In this document: positions 35,041 to 47,710 of the stretch, piece after piece
Layout of the letters: each line of letters opens with the position of its first letter
How positions within the stretch are numbered: position 1 is the first letter of the stretch
Assembly (NCBI RefSeq): GCF_004010195.1
Contig: NC_057720.1
Coordinates: 1,573,704-1,637,703 of the forward strand
DNA: 64,000 nucleotides
Direction: 5' to 3'
Origin: Chiloscyllium plagiosum
Taxonomy: Eukaryota
Notes under the pieces: generated by a model
Database searches by the model: none
Told to the model about the DNA's origin: nothing
Seen by the model: the letters and a program-made list of their open reading frames with translations, nothing else
Position numbers and translations under genes: made by a program

Positions 35041-38000
35041 TTTATTCATTCAAGGGATGTAACTTGGCTGGCTGGGCTAGCATTTATTGCTTGTCCCTAG
35101 CTGCTCAACACGACTTTCTCAAGGTCAACTTGTGATGGTCAATAAACTCTGACCCAGTCAGTAATGCCCACATCCCATGAGTGAATTTAGAAAGGGGCCA
35201 GAGATGAGAATGTTCAGCATCATTCATGACTCCTCTGATACTGAAGTTTACCATGTCAAAATGCAGCAAAGCCTGTGCGAGGGGTTGGATAGATGAGTTG
35301 TTTTGAAGTAGTTTAGAGACATGTGCACTCCCTCCAACATCTTGACTTAAAATCTGCACATTCCCAACATTGTCTCTCAATGTTTTTGACACCTTGCCTG
35401 ATGAATATTCTCCATTTTTTCCATTTTTAAGCCAACATCTCTGTGAGTTGATGCAGACATTTGATCTCTTCAGGAATGTTTTGAAAATGTGCTTAAAACA
35501 GTTCCACTATCTTTCTGTTAAGGTGACATACCTCCTTATATCTCTCTATCTCCAGCTCTCTGTCTATCCTTCCACCAATATCTACTTAGTATGTCCATCT
35601 GTCTCTATTTGTCTGACTAGTTACATACTTAATGTACCAAGTTTCTGGGGCCTTCAAGTGGATTTGTACTTGTCGTTGATTGCTTAGGTGGCTGTGCTAT
35701 GGATGAAGTTTAATTGGCATGTTCCTATTATTTATTATTTGTGGAAAAATTAAAAACAATTTTACGTTTCACTTTAATAATCCCACCAGGTATTATGAGC
35801 ATTACCAGTTGTCTTTTCAGTGCTTTCATTAATGAGTGGCATTTCTCTACTGATTGAACAGAGACTCCTCAATACTTGACAGTGTTGTGAATTCATGCAG
35901 TGCAGCTTATTTTCCACATCATTGACTTTCCAGCAGAGTTTACTGACTCAAGCACCCAGGCTCCCATTTTCATAATAAGTCTTTTAAAAATGCTAATCTG
36001 TCTGTTTAATCCAAACCTCTCAACGTGAAAGATTTCCATCCCCCGGAGATTGCTGAAGTAATATATGATGGTTTCCCGCTGTGAGTCAAACACCTGGAAC
36101 CAAGACGAGATTTCTTTTTGAATCCGTTGCAAGATTTCCATTTCCACCAACCTCCACAATCTACATCGCACATAGGAGCAAGGCTTTCACGGAAAGGACA
36201 GAGGGCAAGGTTGGGGAAGGGACATAGGTAACACGGGGGATATGGTAATAGTGACTTTTGGGTTTCTCATGTACCTGTTCTACTTGACAAATGGTTATGA
36301 AGGTCTCCTCCCCCTCCTTAAGCACATTATATATATATTCACAGATGATGACAGTTGGAAAATGGAAGATTTGGACAGTTTGTCAGCTGCCAACACACTA
36401 TGGTGAGATTTATTGGATAAAGTAAGAGTCAAAGGGAACACTGGGTAGTTTGCTTTTTTTTAAACTGACAAAGTAAATAACTTTTGGAAAAAAAGTGACA
36501 ACTCAAAGCTTTTGAAAGTGAGATGAGAGATAATTTTTATAATGTGAATTGCTAAACAAACAGATTTTGAGTTTGGAAGGGGCGTGTCTCTAAAGGTGGC
36601 TTTGCAGTTCAGGTTTCATCTTTGTCATAGACTTGGCAGTTGGTCAGTTGTGGAGTCACTAGTTCTATTTCTCTCAGTCAGCAAACAAGAAGCATTAAAA
36701 GGAGATAGCACAATGAAGTACTGTCAGGGTACTTGAGAATGTTCCAGAATCAGAATTTTTAGTCTCCTCAAAAAGAAAAAAACAGGAGCTGGAGTAGGCC
36801 ATTCAGCCCTTTGAGCCTATTCTGCCATTCATGATGATCATGGCTGATCATCCAACTCAATAGCTGTTTCCACTTTCCCCGATATCCTTTGATCTTTTTA
36901 GTCCCAAGTACTATATCCAACTTCTTGTTGAAATCAAATGTTTAGGCCTTGACCGCTTTCTGTGGTAGTGAATGCTAAAGGCTCCCCACTCTCTGGGTGA
37001 AAAATTTCTCCCAGCATCAGTCCTAAATACTTTACCCTGTATCCTTAATCGATGACTCCCTTACCAACTGGAATATCCTTCCGGTATATCCCTGTCCATT
37101 CCTGTTAGATTTTTAAATTCTGTGAGCTGAATTGTTAACTCAATCTGGAGACTTGGGCCTAACTGATCCTTCTCCTGAACTGAGTGTCTTTTATCACTCT
37201 GTGACGAACAGCCATCTGATCTCACATTCAGGAAATTAAAGGACCAATGGGAAATTAATACATTCTATCTTCGACATTTGAACCCTGGACCTTCAGAGGC
37301 ATTGCTCCCTTTAGTTTTGTATATTTCTTCCCATCCCATAATACTCTGCAGAGCAGTGTCAGCTTGCCCTTTCTGTGCATGAATGTGTGTGTGTGTGTAT
37401 ATACATGTTTGTGTACATGCTTGTGTGTGTATGCATTTTGAAATGAGGGATATAGTTTGGCCTTGCATAATAGCATAGCAGGTAACTGTTAGGTCACCTG
37501 CTTAAACAATAAAATAAAACAAAGCACTGCAGCTGCTGGAAATCTGAAGCAAACAGGAAGTGATTGAGCACCTCAGCAGAACATAGAGGTGCAAATTGTT
37601 CTCATTGGTGGAAGGGCTGAGAACCAGAGAACATGGATTGAAGGTGATAAGCTCAAGAATCAGTGTGATGTGGGGTAAACCTGCTTTACATATTGAGTGG
37701 GTAAGGGCTGGAATACACTGCCTGAGAGTGTGATGGACGCAAGTTCCTTTGGGATTGGATCATTATCCATATGGATTTGCAGGGCAGTGGGGAAAAGGCA
37801 GTGGATTGGGATTCACTCATTTGATCTTCAGTAAAGGTAAAGTCATGACTCGTTAGAGGAAGAGAGACAACCATTGACAAGTTTAACTTGAGGGTCACCA
37901 CATCTCAGACAAGGGTGAGGCTGACAACAATCCTGTGACTATAAGACAGTGAGGGAATTGAAACCACATTATCAATTTCATACTGCACTGCAAATGGCCC

Positions 38001-38184
38001 ATTCAAAACGTGTGGCGCTGGAAAAACACAGCCGGTCAGGCAACACATGAGGTGTTCTTCCTCTGGTCATCGGATGGTGTCGGACGACATGGTGTAAACC
38101 CATCTGCTAATTTAAACCGGACACACAGAGAAGCTCACCTCATGCCATAATCTGTTAAATTTCAAGAGGTAAAGAACTATCCCA

Positions 38185-39032
38185 GAGTCATAGAGTCACT
38201 GATGTACAGCATGGAAACAGACTCTTTGGTCCAACCCGTCCATGCCGGCCAGATATCCCAACCCGATCTAGTCCTACCTGCCAGCACCCGGCCCATATCC
38301 CTCCAAACCCTTCCTATTCATATACCCATCCAAATGCCTTTTAAATGTTGCAATTGTACCAGCCTCCACTACTTCCTCTGGCAGCTCATTCCAGAAGTGG
38401 ACCCAGCACCAATCCTTGTGGCACTCTACTGTCACAGGCCTCCAGTCTGAAAAACAACCCTCCACCACCACCCTCTGTCTTCTCCTTTGAGCCAGTTCTG
38501 TATCCAAATGGCGAGTCCTCCCTGTCTTCCATGAGATCTAATCTTGATAACCAGTCTCCCATGGGGAACCTTGTCGAACGCCTTACTGAAGTCCATATAG
38601 ATCATATCTACCGCTCTTTGTTACTTCCTCAAAAAACTCAATCAAGTTTGTGAGACATGATTTTCCACGCACAACGCCATGTTGACTATCTCTCATCAGT
38701 CCCTGCCTTTCCAAATACATGTACATCCTGTCCCTTCGGATTCCCTCTAACAACTTGCCCAGCACCAACATCAGGCTCACTGGTGTACAGTTCCCTGGCT
38801 TGTCCTTACCATCTTTCTTAAACAGTGGCACCACGTTTGCCAACTTCCAGTCTCCCGGCACCTCACATGTGACTATCGATAACACAAATATCTCAGCAAG
38901 GGGCCCAGCAACCACTTCCCTAGTTTTCCACAGAGTTCTAGGGTACACCTGACCAGGTCCTGGGGATTTATCCACTTTTATGCGTTTCAAGACATCCAAC
39001 ACTTCCTCCTCTGTAATATGGACATTTTTCAC
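38185..39032 (-). mobile_element. CR1 with internal deletion and 3' end
   Basis: ORF 38583-39032 (KSPGPG, QHGVVRGKSCLTNL) joined to WNELPEEVVEAG and a ctatga tail. Confidence 0.85.
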
Positions 39033-39124
39033 TATTTAAAGTAAAAATTAACAATTTTAATTGTTAAGTCCAACAAAGAATGTTAAAACCAACAACTATT
39101 TACAACTTCTTTCTCTTAAACCTA

Positions 39125-39352
39125 TCTTTTGAGTGTAGGTTTGCTCGCTGAGCTACCAGGTTCATTTCCAGACATTTCGTTACCTTACCAGGTAACATCT
39201 TCAGTGGGCCTCACGCAAAGCAATGCTGAAATTTTCTGCTTTCTATTTATATATTTGGGTTTCTTTGGGTTGGTGGTGTCATTTCCTGTGGTAATGTTAT
39301 TTCCTGTGGTGAAGTCACTTCCTGTTCCTTTTCTCAGGGGATGGTAGATGGG
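39125..39352 (-). mobile_element. Penelope-like element 3' end with hammerhead motif
   Basis: Minus strand begins cccatctaccatcccctgagaaaaggaaca (PIYHPLRKGT, resembling a PLE ORF C-terminus), followed by the hammerhead at 39168-39207. Confidence 0.65.
39168..39207 (-). ncRNA. Minimal type-I hammerhead ribozyme motif
   Basis: CCA-CTGAAGA-T-GTTACC-TGGTAA-GGTAAC-GAAA-TGTC-TGG: stem I CCA/TGG, 6-bp stem II, GUC triplet. Confidence 0.7.
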
Positions 39353-39359
39353 CGGAGGG

Positions 39360-39571
39360 GTTTCCTAGCTATCTTCCCCCCAGCCACACCCACTCCCATT
39401 TAGCTCTCAAGCCCTTTGCCCCCCCCCCCCCCCCCTCCACATTCCTGATGAAGAGCTTATGTTCAAAATGTCGACTCTCCTGCTCTTCAGATGTTGCCTG
39501 ACTGGCTCTGCCTTTTCAGCACCACACGTTTTGACTCTGATCTCCAGCATGTGCAGTCCTTATTTTTTCCT
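39360..39571 (+). mobile_element. Family A element, long form, decayed core
   Basis: C-rich leader, then attcctgatgaagagcttatgttcaaaatgtcgactctcctgctc. Confidence 0.7.
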
Positions 39572-40426
39572 AAATGGTCCATTCAGCCAACTGAGCTAAC
39601 CAACTCCTGGTACCTGACCTTACAGAAAGCCTGTCATCATAACAAAGAGAACAAAAGAGAAGTACAGCACAGGAACAGGCCCTTCGGCCCTCCAAGCCTG
39701 TGCCATCACCATGCCCTAACTAAACTACAGAAAAAACCTTTTGCCCTCATTCGGTCCGTATCCCTCTATTCCTTCCCTATTCATGAAACCATCCAGATGC
39801 CTCTCAAATGTCACCAATGCACCTGCTTCCATCACCTCCTTTGTCAGTGTTCCAGGCTTCTACCACTCCCTGCATGAAAAACTTCCTTTGTACCTCTCCC
39901 TTAAACTTCCCTCCCTCACCTTGAACCTTCCTTTTTTTTCTGCCTCGTGTTTCTCCTTCTCCTCTCTCAACTGTGTTTATACCATTCCCCTCAACCAACC
40001 CCCATGGGAATCTGTTTCGCGTTTATCTCATTCTCTTGATAAAGACGTTTCTCCCAAACCCCTGGTTGGATTAACATTAGGTCTCCCTTGTAATTTTAAA
40101 TTAGTATGGAGAGTGTGGTGTGGGTGTGGGTGGGGATGGGAGTGGGCTGGAAGAAATGTAAGTGGCTTTGGCTGAAAACTCTTCTCAATCCCCTGCAAGC
40201 ATAGTCGAACATGTTGTGTTTGCATAGGAGTGAATCAGAGATTTGGAAACCCGCAGTTGACTAGTCAGTGCAATCAGGGGAATGTGCCCCTTCTGCGTTG
40301 TCCCACTGTCATAGAGAGTCATAGAGTCATAAAGTCCTACAGCACAGAGACTGGTCCTTCGGCCCAAACTGGTCCATGCCAACCAAAATGTTCATCCATG
40401 GTCAAACCCCAGAGTGTGAACATGCT

Positions 40427-40622
40427 GGCAGCATCTGAGGAGCAGGAGATTCGACATTTCAGACATAAGCCCTTCATCAGGAATAAGACCTCGTTCCTGA
40501 TGACGGGCTCTAGTCTGAAACATCAATTTTCCTGCTCCTCGGATGATGCCTGACCTGCTGTGCTTTTCCAGCACCACACCCTGGACTCTGATCTCCGGCA
40601 TCTGCAGTCCTCAATTTCTCCT
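40427..40622. mobile_element. Family A element, inverted dimer
   Basis: Mirrored arms around about 40490; TSD agtgtgaa(c/t)atgct (40413-40426, 40623-40636). Confidence 0.8.
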
Positions 40623-42149
40623 AGTGTGAATATGCTCTCATCACTTTCATGCTCTCTCATTCTCTCCCTCTCTCTCCTGCTACCTCTCTTGTATCTGTTT
40701 CCCAGCTTGTATCAATACTTATTAGTCCCCTCTTGTCTTTCTCTCTGACGTTACCAGTATACTCCTGGAATGATATCTTACAGCACAATAGGATTGAACA
40801 TAAAGGTAAGGATGCTATCAGAGTTGCTGAGTTTCTCCAGAACTTTGTGTTTTTATTTTAGATTTTCAGCATCTGCGGTACTTTTAGAAAAATATGGATG
40901 TCATGCTGGAGTTATTCAGGACATCAGTGAGACCACACCTCAAATAATGTAAAACATCTCAAGTACAATTTTGGTCTCCTTGTTTAAGGAAGGATGCAAA
41001 TGCAGTGGAGATGGTTCAGACAAGGTTTACTGATTGATGACTAGAATAAGTGAGTTGGCTAAGGACAGACTGGGTGTGTTTCCATTGGGGTTTAGGAGAG
41101 TGAGGGGCGACTTGATTGAAGAGTATCAAATCCTGAATGGCCTTCACAAGATGGGGGTGATTCCAAAACAAGGAAGGATTGTCCTTTCAGGACAAAGATG
41201 AGGAGAATGAAGATGAAGATGAGGAGTTTTTGTTTTCTTTCAGGGGTTTGTGTTACTTTGGAACTTTCTGCATCAGAATATGGTGGAGATGGGTGTCTTT
41301 GAATATTTTTAAGTCAAAGGTCAATCGATTCTTGTTAGTCAAATAACTGAGTGTTATCGGGGGTGGGTGGATGTGTGTTGTCGATGGAACTGAGGAATTT
41401 GAGACACAAAGAGATCAACCATAATCTGATAGAATAATGCAGCAGGATTGGGGGGAGATGAACAATCTTCCTGTGCTCCTAGTTTGTACCCTTACATCTG
41501 ACTTAGAAAATTGAGGAGAGTTTGACAATGTTCAAAGCTTATTTCTCTTTGAAATTTTGTGGTCAAATTTCATTGAATAAAATCTTACTCCTCATGTTGG
41601 TTGAATTTTCTCTCTGAAGGAGCACTTTGAGATTCAAGTTCCCCAATACTTTCTTTGTCTGGTGTTAGCTAAGCTCACCTGTGCTAGCAGCATGAATGGT
41701 TTCAAGTTTCACTCAATGGACTGTTCATATTCGGAACCCACCTCTACTTAGAGCCGTGAAGTTTTGCACATTGAATATATTCAAGGCTGAATTGGATAGA
41801 TTCTTGATTGATTGACAAGAAAGTAAAAAGTGTGGAGGGAATAGACAAAAATGTGGAATGGAAGTCACAATCAGATTGTATTTGGGTTGGGATGGACTTG
41901 AGGGGCCCAGTGGCCAATCCCTGCTCATAATTTTCTTGTTCATTAGCTTACATGATACCTTTAGTGGCAGAGGCTAACGAGGGAAAGTTTGCAGGCTGGG
42001 TCACTGTGGGTGGACATGAGCCTCTGTAGATAAGCAATTTAAGATGCAAAAACATCCCTTGCAGTTGATTGGCTTGCGAATTCCCACCAACAAGCCTTTA
42101 CTGTAGCAAGTTGCATCTATATAGCACCTTTAATGTAATAAATATCCTA

Positions 42150-43035
42150 TCCCAAGGCCAAATTCAGCACTAACTTAATATACAAATTTGCTGGTAACAC
42201 TACCGTAGTGGGTCAGATCTCAAACAATAATGAGACAGAGAACACGACGGAGATAGAGAGCTTAGCAGCATGGTGTAAAGATAATAATCTCTCCCTCAAT
42301 GTCAGCAAAATGAAGGAGCTGGTTATCGACTTCAGGACGTGGAGTGGAGGACACACCCATGTCTGCATCAATGGTGCTGAGGTAGAGATGGTCGAGAGCT
42401 TCAGGTTCCTGGAAATAAATGTCACCAACAATCTCTCCTCGTCCATCCACATTGCTGCTACAATCAAGACATCACACCAACACCTCTACTTCCTCAGGAG
42501 GCTAAGGATATTCAGCAAACTACAATGACTCTTACCAGTTTTTATAGATGCACCATAGAAAGCATCCTATCCAAATACATCACAGCTTGGTTTGGCAACC
42601 ACTCTGCCTAAGACAGAGAGTTGTGAATGCAGCCTAGTCCATCACACAAGCCAGCCTTCCTTACAATGATTCTGTCTGTACTTCCCACTGCCATGGGAAA
42701 GCAGCAAAATAATCAAAGACCCCTCCCACCCTGGTTATACTCTCTTCCAGCCTCTTCTATCAGGTAGAAGATACAAAATACAAGATACAGTATGCATGTA
42801 ACAACAGATTCAAGAACAGCTTCTTCCCTGCTGTTTTCAGGCTTATGAATGAATCTCTCATGTATTAGAGTTGGTCTTTCTCTGCACCTTCTCTGTAGCT
42901 GTAACATTATATTCTGCATTCTGTTCCTTTACCCTGGTGTACTTATGTAAGGTATGATTTGCCTGGTTTGCACACAAAACAATATTTTTCACTGTATCTC
43001 AGTACATGTGACAAATATAAATCAAATCAAATCAA
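42150..43035 (+). mobile_element. Rex1/Babar-like LINE 3' portion
   Basis: WCKDNNLSLNVSKMKELVIDFR..HQHLYFLRRLR; tail aatcaaatcaaatcaaa. Confidence 0.8.
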
Positions 43036-44993
43036 AGGCAATTTACAACAGTATTGTCAGGTAAAATCCGACACTAATCCACAGATGAGAGAATAGGACA
43101 GGTGAACAAACATTTGGTCGGCTTGAGGTTTTAAGGAGCATCTTAAAGGAGAAGAGAGAGTTGAATGGTGGATAGGTTTAGGGAGGGAATTCCAGAAGTG
43201 AGGGACCAGGTAGCCTGAAGCATATGACTACCAACGGTGAAATCAGGGAAGGGCCAGACATCAAACCTGGAGAGGCACAGAGATCACAGAGATAGGGAGC
43301 AGCAACTCCTTAGAAGGATTGAAAAAGTTTGAGAATTTTGAATTGGAGAAGTTGTCAGCCTACATGACAATGTATGTTATTGAGCAAAGTGGTAATGGGG
43401 GAATGGACTTGGTGTACATCACAGGACGCAGGCAACACAGTTTTAAATGTGCATTTATTGCCCATCTCTAATTGGCCAGCTAAGAACCAACCATGTTGCA
43501 GTGGGTTTAGAGTCATATGTAGGCCAGACCAGATCAGAAAGGCAGTTTCCTTCCCTAAAGATGACAACAACAATCAATAACAATTTCATGGTCATCAGTA
43601 GAATCTTAACTTCAAATTTCTATTGAATTCAAATTCCATTATAAGATTCAAATCTCAGTCCCCAGAACATTAAGGTTCAAACCTCAGTCCCCAGAACATT
43701 AAGGTTCTGTGGACCTACAATAACGATAATGCCATTAGGCCATCACTTTCCTGTGGTTAAAGAAAATCCACAAGCAGGAGTGGGGCTTGAACCTGTGCAG
43801 GCATATATCCATTTAACCTTTAAAAAAATCCAACAGCTTAACCACTCAGCCATCCTGGTCAGGGTGAATAATATTCACTTTTTCCAATACATGTCAAGTA
43901 CTAAATGCCAATAGTCTGAACAAAGATTACAAATGGGACAAGCAGGGATCAGGAATCAAATAAAATATTTTTCAAACTATCAAGTGCTGTTCAGTTAAGC
44001 TAGATTTTTAAACATATCATTAGTGCAAATTATTCTTTGACAGCTCTGTAACAATAATTATTTTGAATTGTCTTACTTTATCATTGCATTTTACAATTAT
44101 AATTTATTCCTCTTGTCTTTGAAAGACATAAATAAATTTCTACACTTTACAATTTTCAGGACTCAACATTGTGCTCAACAACCTCAGAGCATGAATTTTG
44201 CAGTCTATCTTTTTGCAATTTTCTCCCCTTCTCCCCAGTGTCTCATTCCTACTGGCCTGTTGTGAGCAGAGCTGCCCTATTTTCTAATATTCATATTTAC
44301 CTTAACAATTATTCTGTATCTGCATCCTTCCTTTACGGCCATTCATATTCACTTATTGTGATGCACCAGACACCCTTACTATACAAAGCAAAACAGAAAT
44401 TGCTGGAAAAGCTCAGCAGGTCTGGCAGCATCTGTGGAGAAAAATCAGAGTTAATGTTTCAGATCCAGTGACTCTTCATCAGAACTCTCACTATCCATCC
44501 CACTTGATCCTCCCTCCCTCTTTGTAAATGCATAAAAATTAAATTTTGTAGTTTCCTTCAGTTTGAAAGAAAATTAGACTGAAAATGTCAACTTTGTTTT
44601 TCTCTCCAGACTTGCTGAGTTTCTCCAGTAATTTCTGATGAGCACAATGTTGAGTGCTGAAGATTGTCAAGTGTAGAAATAAATATATGTCTTAGCAAGA
44701 TAAGGGGAAGAAATTGGAAAAAATTGTGATTATAAATTGCGATTATAAAATGCGATTATAAAGTAAGACAACTTTAAATTATTATTGTTACAGAGCTGCT
44801 TAAATAATAACTTGCACTAATGATACGTTTAAAATCGGGCTTAAGAGAATAGCACTTGATATTTTGCAGAGTTTTTTCTGTGACCCCTGATCTCTGCTTC
44901 CCCATTTCTAATCTTCATTCAGACTATGGGCTGACAGTGTTTGGGAATTAAGTGCTTAACATGTGTTGGAAAAAGTAGCAATTGTTTATTGTA

Positions 44994-45076
44994 ACCAGGA
45001 TGGCCGAGTGGTTAAGGCGTTGGACTTAAGATCCAATGGATGTATGTCTGCGTGGGTTCGAACCCCACTCCTGGTA
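44994..45076 (+). tRNA. tRNA-Leu-TAA: tRNA-Leu (anticodon TAA), 83 nt, no intron
   Basis: Acceptor ACCAGGA/TCCTGGT plus discriminator A, A-box TGGCCGAGTGG, anticodon arm TTGGA-CTTAAGA-TCCAA, long variable arm, T-arm GTGGG-TTCGAAC-CCCAC; matches the vertebrate Leu-TAA type. Confidence 0.95.
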
Positions 45077-45085
45077 GGAGAGCTG

Positions 45086-45091
45086 TTTTTT
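45086..45091 (+). terminator. RNA polymerase III terminator (T6)
   Basis: TTTTTT begins 10 nt after the tRNA 3' end. Confidence 0.8.
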
Positions 45092-45360
45092 AAATGGTGA
45101 TGATATGTGGTATTATCGCTAGATTGTTAATCCAGGGACTCAGATTTGAATCCTGCCGTGGCCAAACGTGGAATTTGAATTCAATAAAAATCTGGAATTA
45201 AGATTCTAATGATGACCATGAAACTGCTGTTAAGTTCCCTTTAGGGAAGGAATTTGCTGCTCTTACAGTCTGTCCTATATGTGCTTGATTCCTAATTGCT
45301 CTCTGGACAATAAATACTGGCCTAAACAGTGACAGCTAAATCCTGTAAATGAAGAGAAAA

Positions 45361-46920
45361 TGTTCACTGGAGGAGGAGGGTCCACAAATATCCTCATCCT
45401 CAATGACAGAAGAGCCCAAACATCAGTGCAAAAGATAAGGCTGAAACATGCATGCCAATTTTCAGCTGTGCTGGCAAGTGGGACTAGATTAATATAGGCT
45501 ATCTGGTTGGCATAGATAAGTTGGACCAAAGGATCTGCATTCATGCTGTACATCTCCGTGACTGTAAGTGCCAAGTGAATGTTCCATTTCAGCCTCCTCT
45601 ACAGGTCTCCATCATCACAGATGCTGGGCTTCAGTTGTTTCGATTCACTTCATGCGATACCAAGGAAGGGTTAGAGATACTGGATACTGAAAAGGCTATT
45701 GGCCCTGACAACATTCCAGCAATAGGACTGAACATGTGCTCCAGAACTTGCCACTCCTCTGTCCAAGCTCTTCCATGACAGTTAAAACACTGGTATCTAC
45801 TTGACAATGTCCTTTATACAAATCCAACCCGGCCAGTTACTGCCCCATCAGTTCATTATTGGTCATTATTAAAGAAATGGAAAGTGTCACCAACAGAGCT
45901 ATCAAGCAGCATCTGCTCAGCAATAACCTGCTCAGTGACACCCAGTTTGGGTTCTGCTAGGGCCACTCGGCTCCTGTCCTCATTACAGCCTTTGGTCAAA
46001 CATAGACAAAAGAGCTGAATTCCAGAGGGGAGGGGAAAGGGACAGCCCTTAACATCAAGGCTACATTCGATCAAGTGTGGCATCAAGGAGCTCTGGCAAA
46101 ACTGGAATCAATGCGTATCAGGAGACAAACTTTGCAGTGGTTGGAATCATACCTGACACATAGGAAGGTGATTGTGGTTGTCAGTGGTCAGTCATCTCAG
46201 CTCCAGGACATCTCTGCAGAAGTTCCTCATGGTCATGTCCTAGGCCAAATCATCTTAAGCAGCTTCACCAATGACATTCTCTCCATCTTAAGGTCAGAAC
46301 TGGGGATGTTTATTGATGATCATTCAATGTTCAGCACCATTCGCTGCTCCTCAGATATCGAAGCAGTCCATGTTCAGGTGTGATAATATCCCCAGGCTTG
46401 GGCTAACAAGTGGCAAGTGACATTTGTGCTACACATATGCAAGTTAATGTCAATCTCCAGTAAGAGACAATCTAGCCACCGTCCCTTGACATTCAATGAT
46501 GTTACCATCACAGAATCCACCACTATCAACATCCTGGGGGCTTCTCATTGACCAATAAGCTGAGCATAAGTTGAAGAAAACACAGAGGTGGGAGTGGGGT
46601 TAAAGTGTGGGGAGACTCATCAGTGTATACCTGGAAACTAGCACTGCATTATAGTGTCTTTACAGCATGGAAAGACGTCCTTGGGCCCATCATTTTCATG
46701 CTGGTCATCAATATCCATCAATTCAAATCCCATTTTCCAGCACTTGACACACTGCTTGACGATGTCCCTGAGCAGGACAAATCCAACCCGGCCAATTACT
46801 GCCCCATCATTTCATTATTGGTCATTATTAAAGAGATGGAAGGTGTCATCAGCAATGCTATCAAGCAGCACCTGCTCAGCAATAACCCGCTCAGTGACGC
46901 CCAGTTTGGGTTCTGCTAAG
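45361..46920 (+). mobile_element. CR1/L2-group LINE ORF2 remnants (same lineage as 34480)
   Basis: KAIGPDNIP, WHQGALAKL and QDKSNPANYCPI; segment 46775-46919 repeats 45818-45960. Confidence 0.75.
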
Positions 46921-47659
46921 TGTGGGATGATAAACAGGAATGGACGAGGATAGCTGCTTAAGTAAAACCAGGTGCAGAAACAAGAAAGGAAGGTGTCGTA
47001 ATTGATCCTCTGGCTAAAAGTCTAGGACCAGAGGACATAGTCTCAGAATAAGAGGATACACATTTAAGACAGAGATAATGAGGAATTTCTCTTCTCAGGA
47101 GGCAGTGAATCCATGGAATTCTTTACTAGATTACTGGATTACTTACAGTGTGCAAACAGGCCCTTCGGCCCAACAAGTCCACACCAACCCGCCGAAGCAC
47201 AACCCACCCAGACCCATTCCCCTACATTTACCCCTGCCCCTAATACTACGGGCAATTTAGCACGGCCAATTCACCTGACCTGCACATTTTTTTTGGACTG
47301 TGGGAAACCGGAGGGCTATCAAGGCTGGGTCATTAAGTATATTCAGGGTTGAGATGGACAGAGTTTCAACCAAGCATTATGGGGAAAAGCCAGGAAAGTG
47401 GAGTTGAGGATATCAGATCAGTCATGACCTCATTGAATTGCAGAGTACACTTGATGGGCTCAATGGACTATTTTTGCTTCTACATGTTATTGTCTTATGA
47501 ATTAGCCAAACATAAGCATCTTCTTCAAATCTGTATATAATTCTTTCTGGAGTGCCAGTTAGCTCCAGAGACTCAAGGTGCTTGTTTCAAAATAATACCA
47601 ACAATGAGGGTTGCTTTCTTGTTCCCTGAGAGAGATTTAGGACTTGCCTTTTCACCCAG

Positions 47660-47710
47660 CACCAGTGAAAAGCAACAGCAAACCAGCAGCGACATTTAGT
47701 AATGCTCAGG
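47660..47710 (+). CDS. Candidate 51-nt symmetric internal exon (xPVKSNSKPAATFSNAQ), gene unknown
   Basis: Acceptor gccttttcacccAG, donor G|GTAAGC, only one open frame, apparently unique DNA. Confidence 0.3.

Noticed and set aside
36345..36402. Exon-like segment (DDSWKMEDLDSLSAANTL)
   Set aside because: Poor polypyrimidine tract, ambiguous frame, and the surroundings look possibly LTR-derived.
43647..43707. 29-bp tandem duplication
   Set aside because: Ordinary slippage within a SINE-like repeat.
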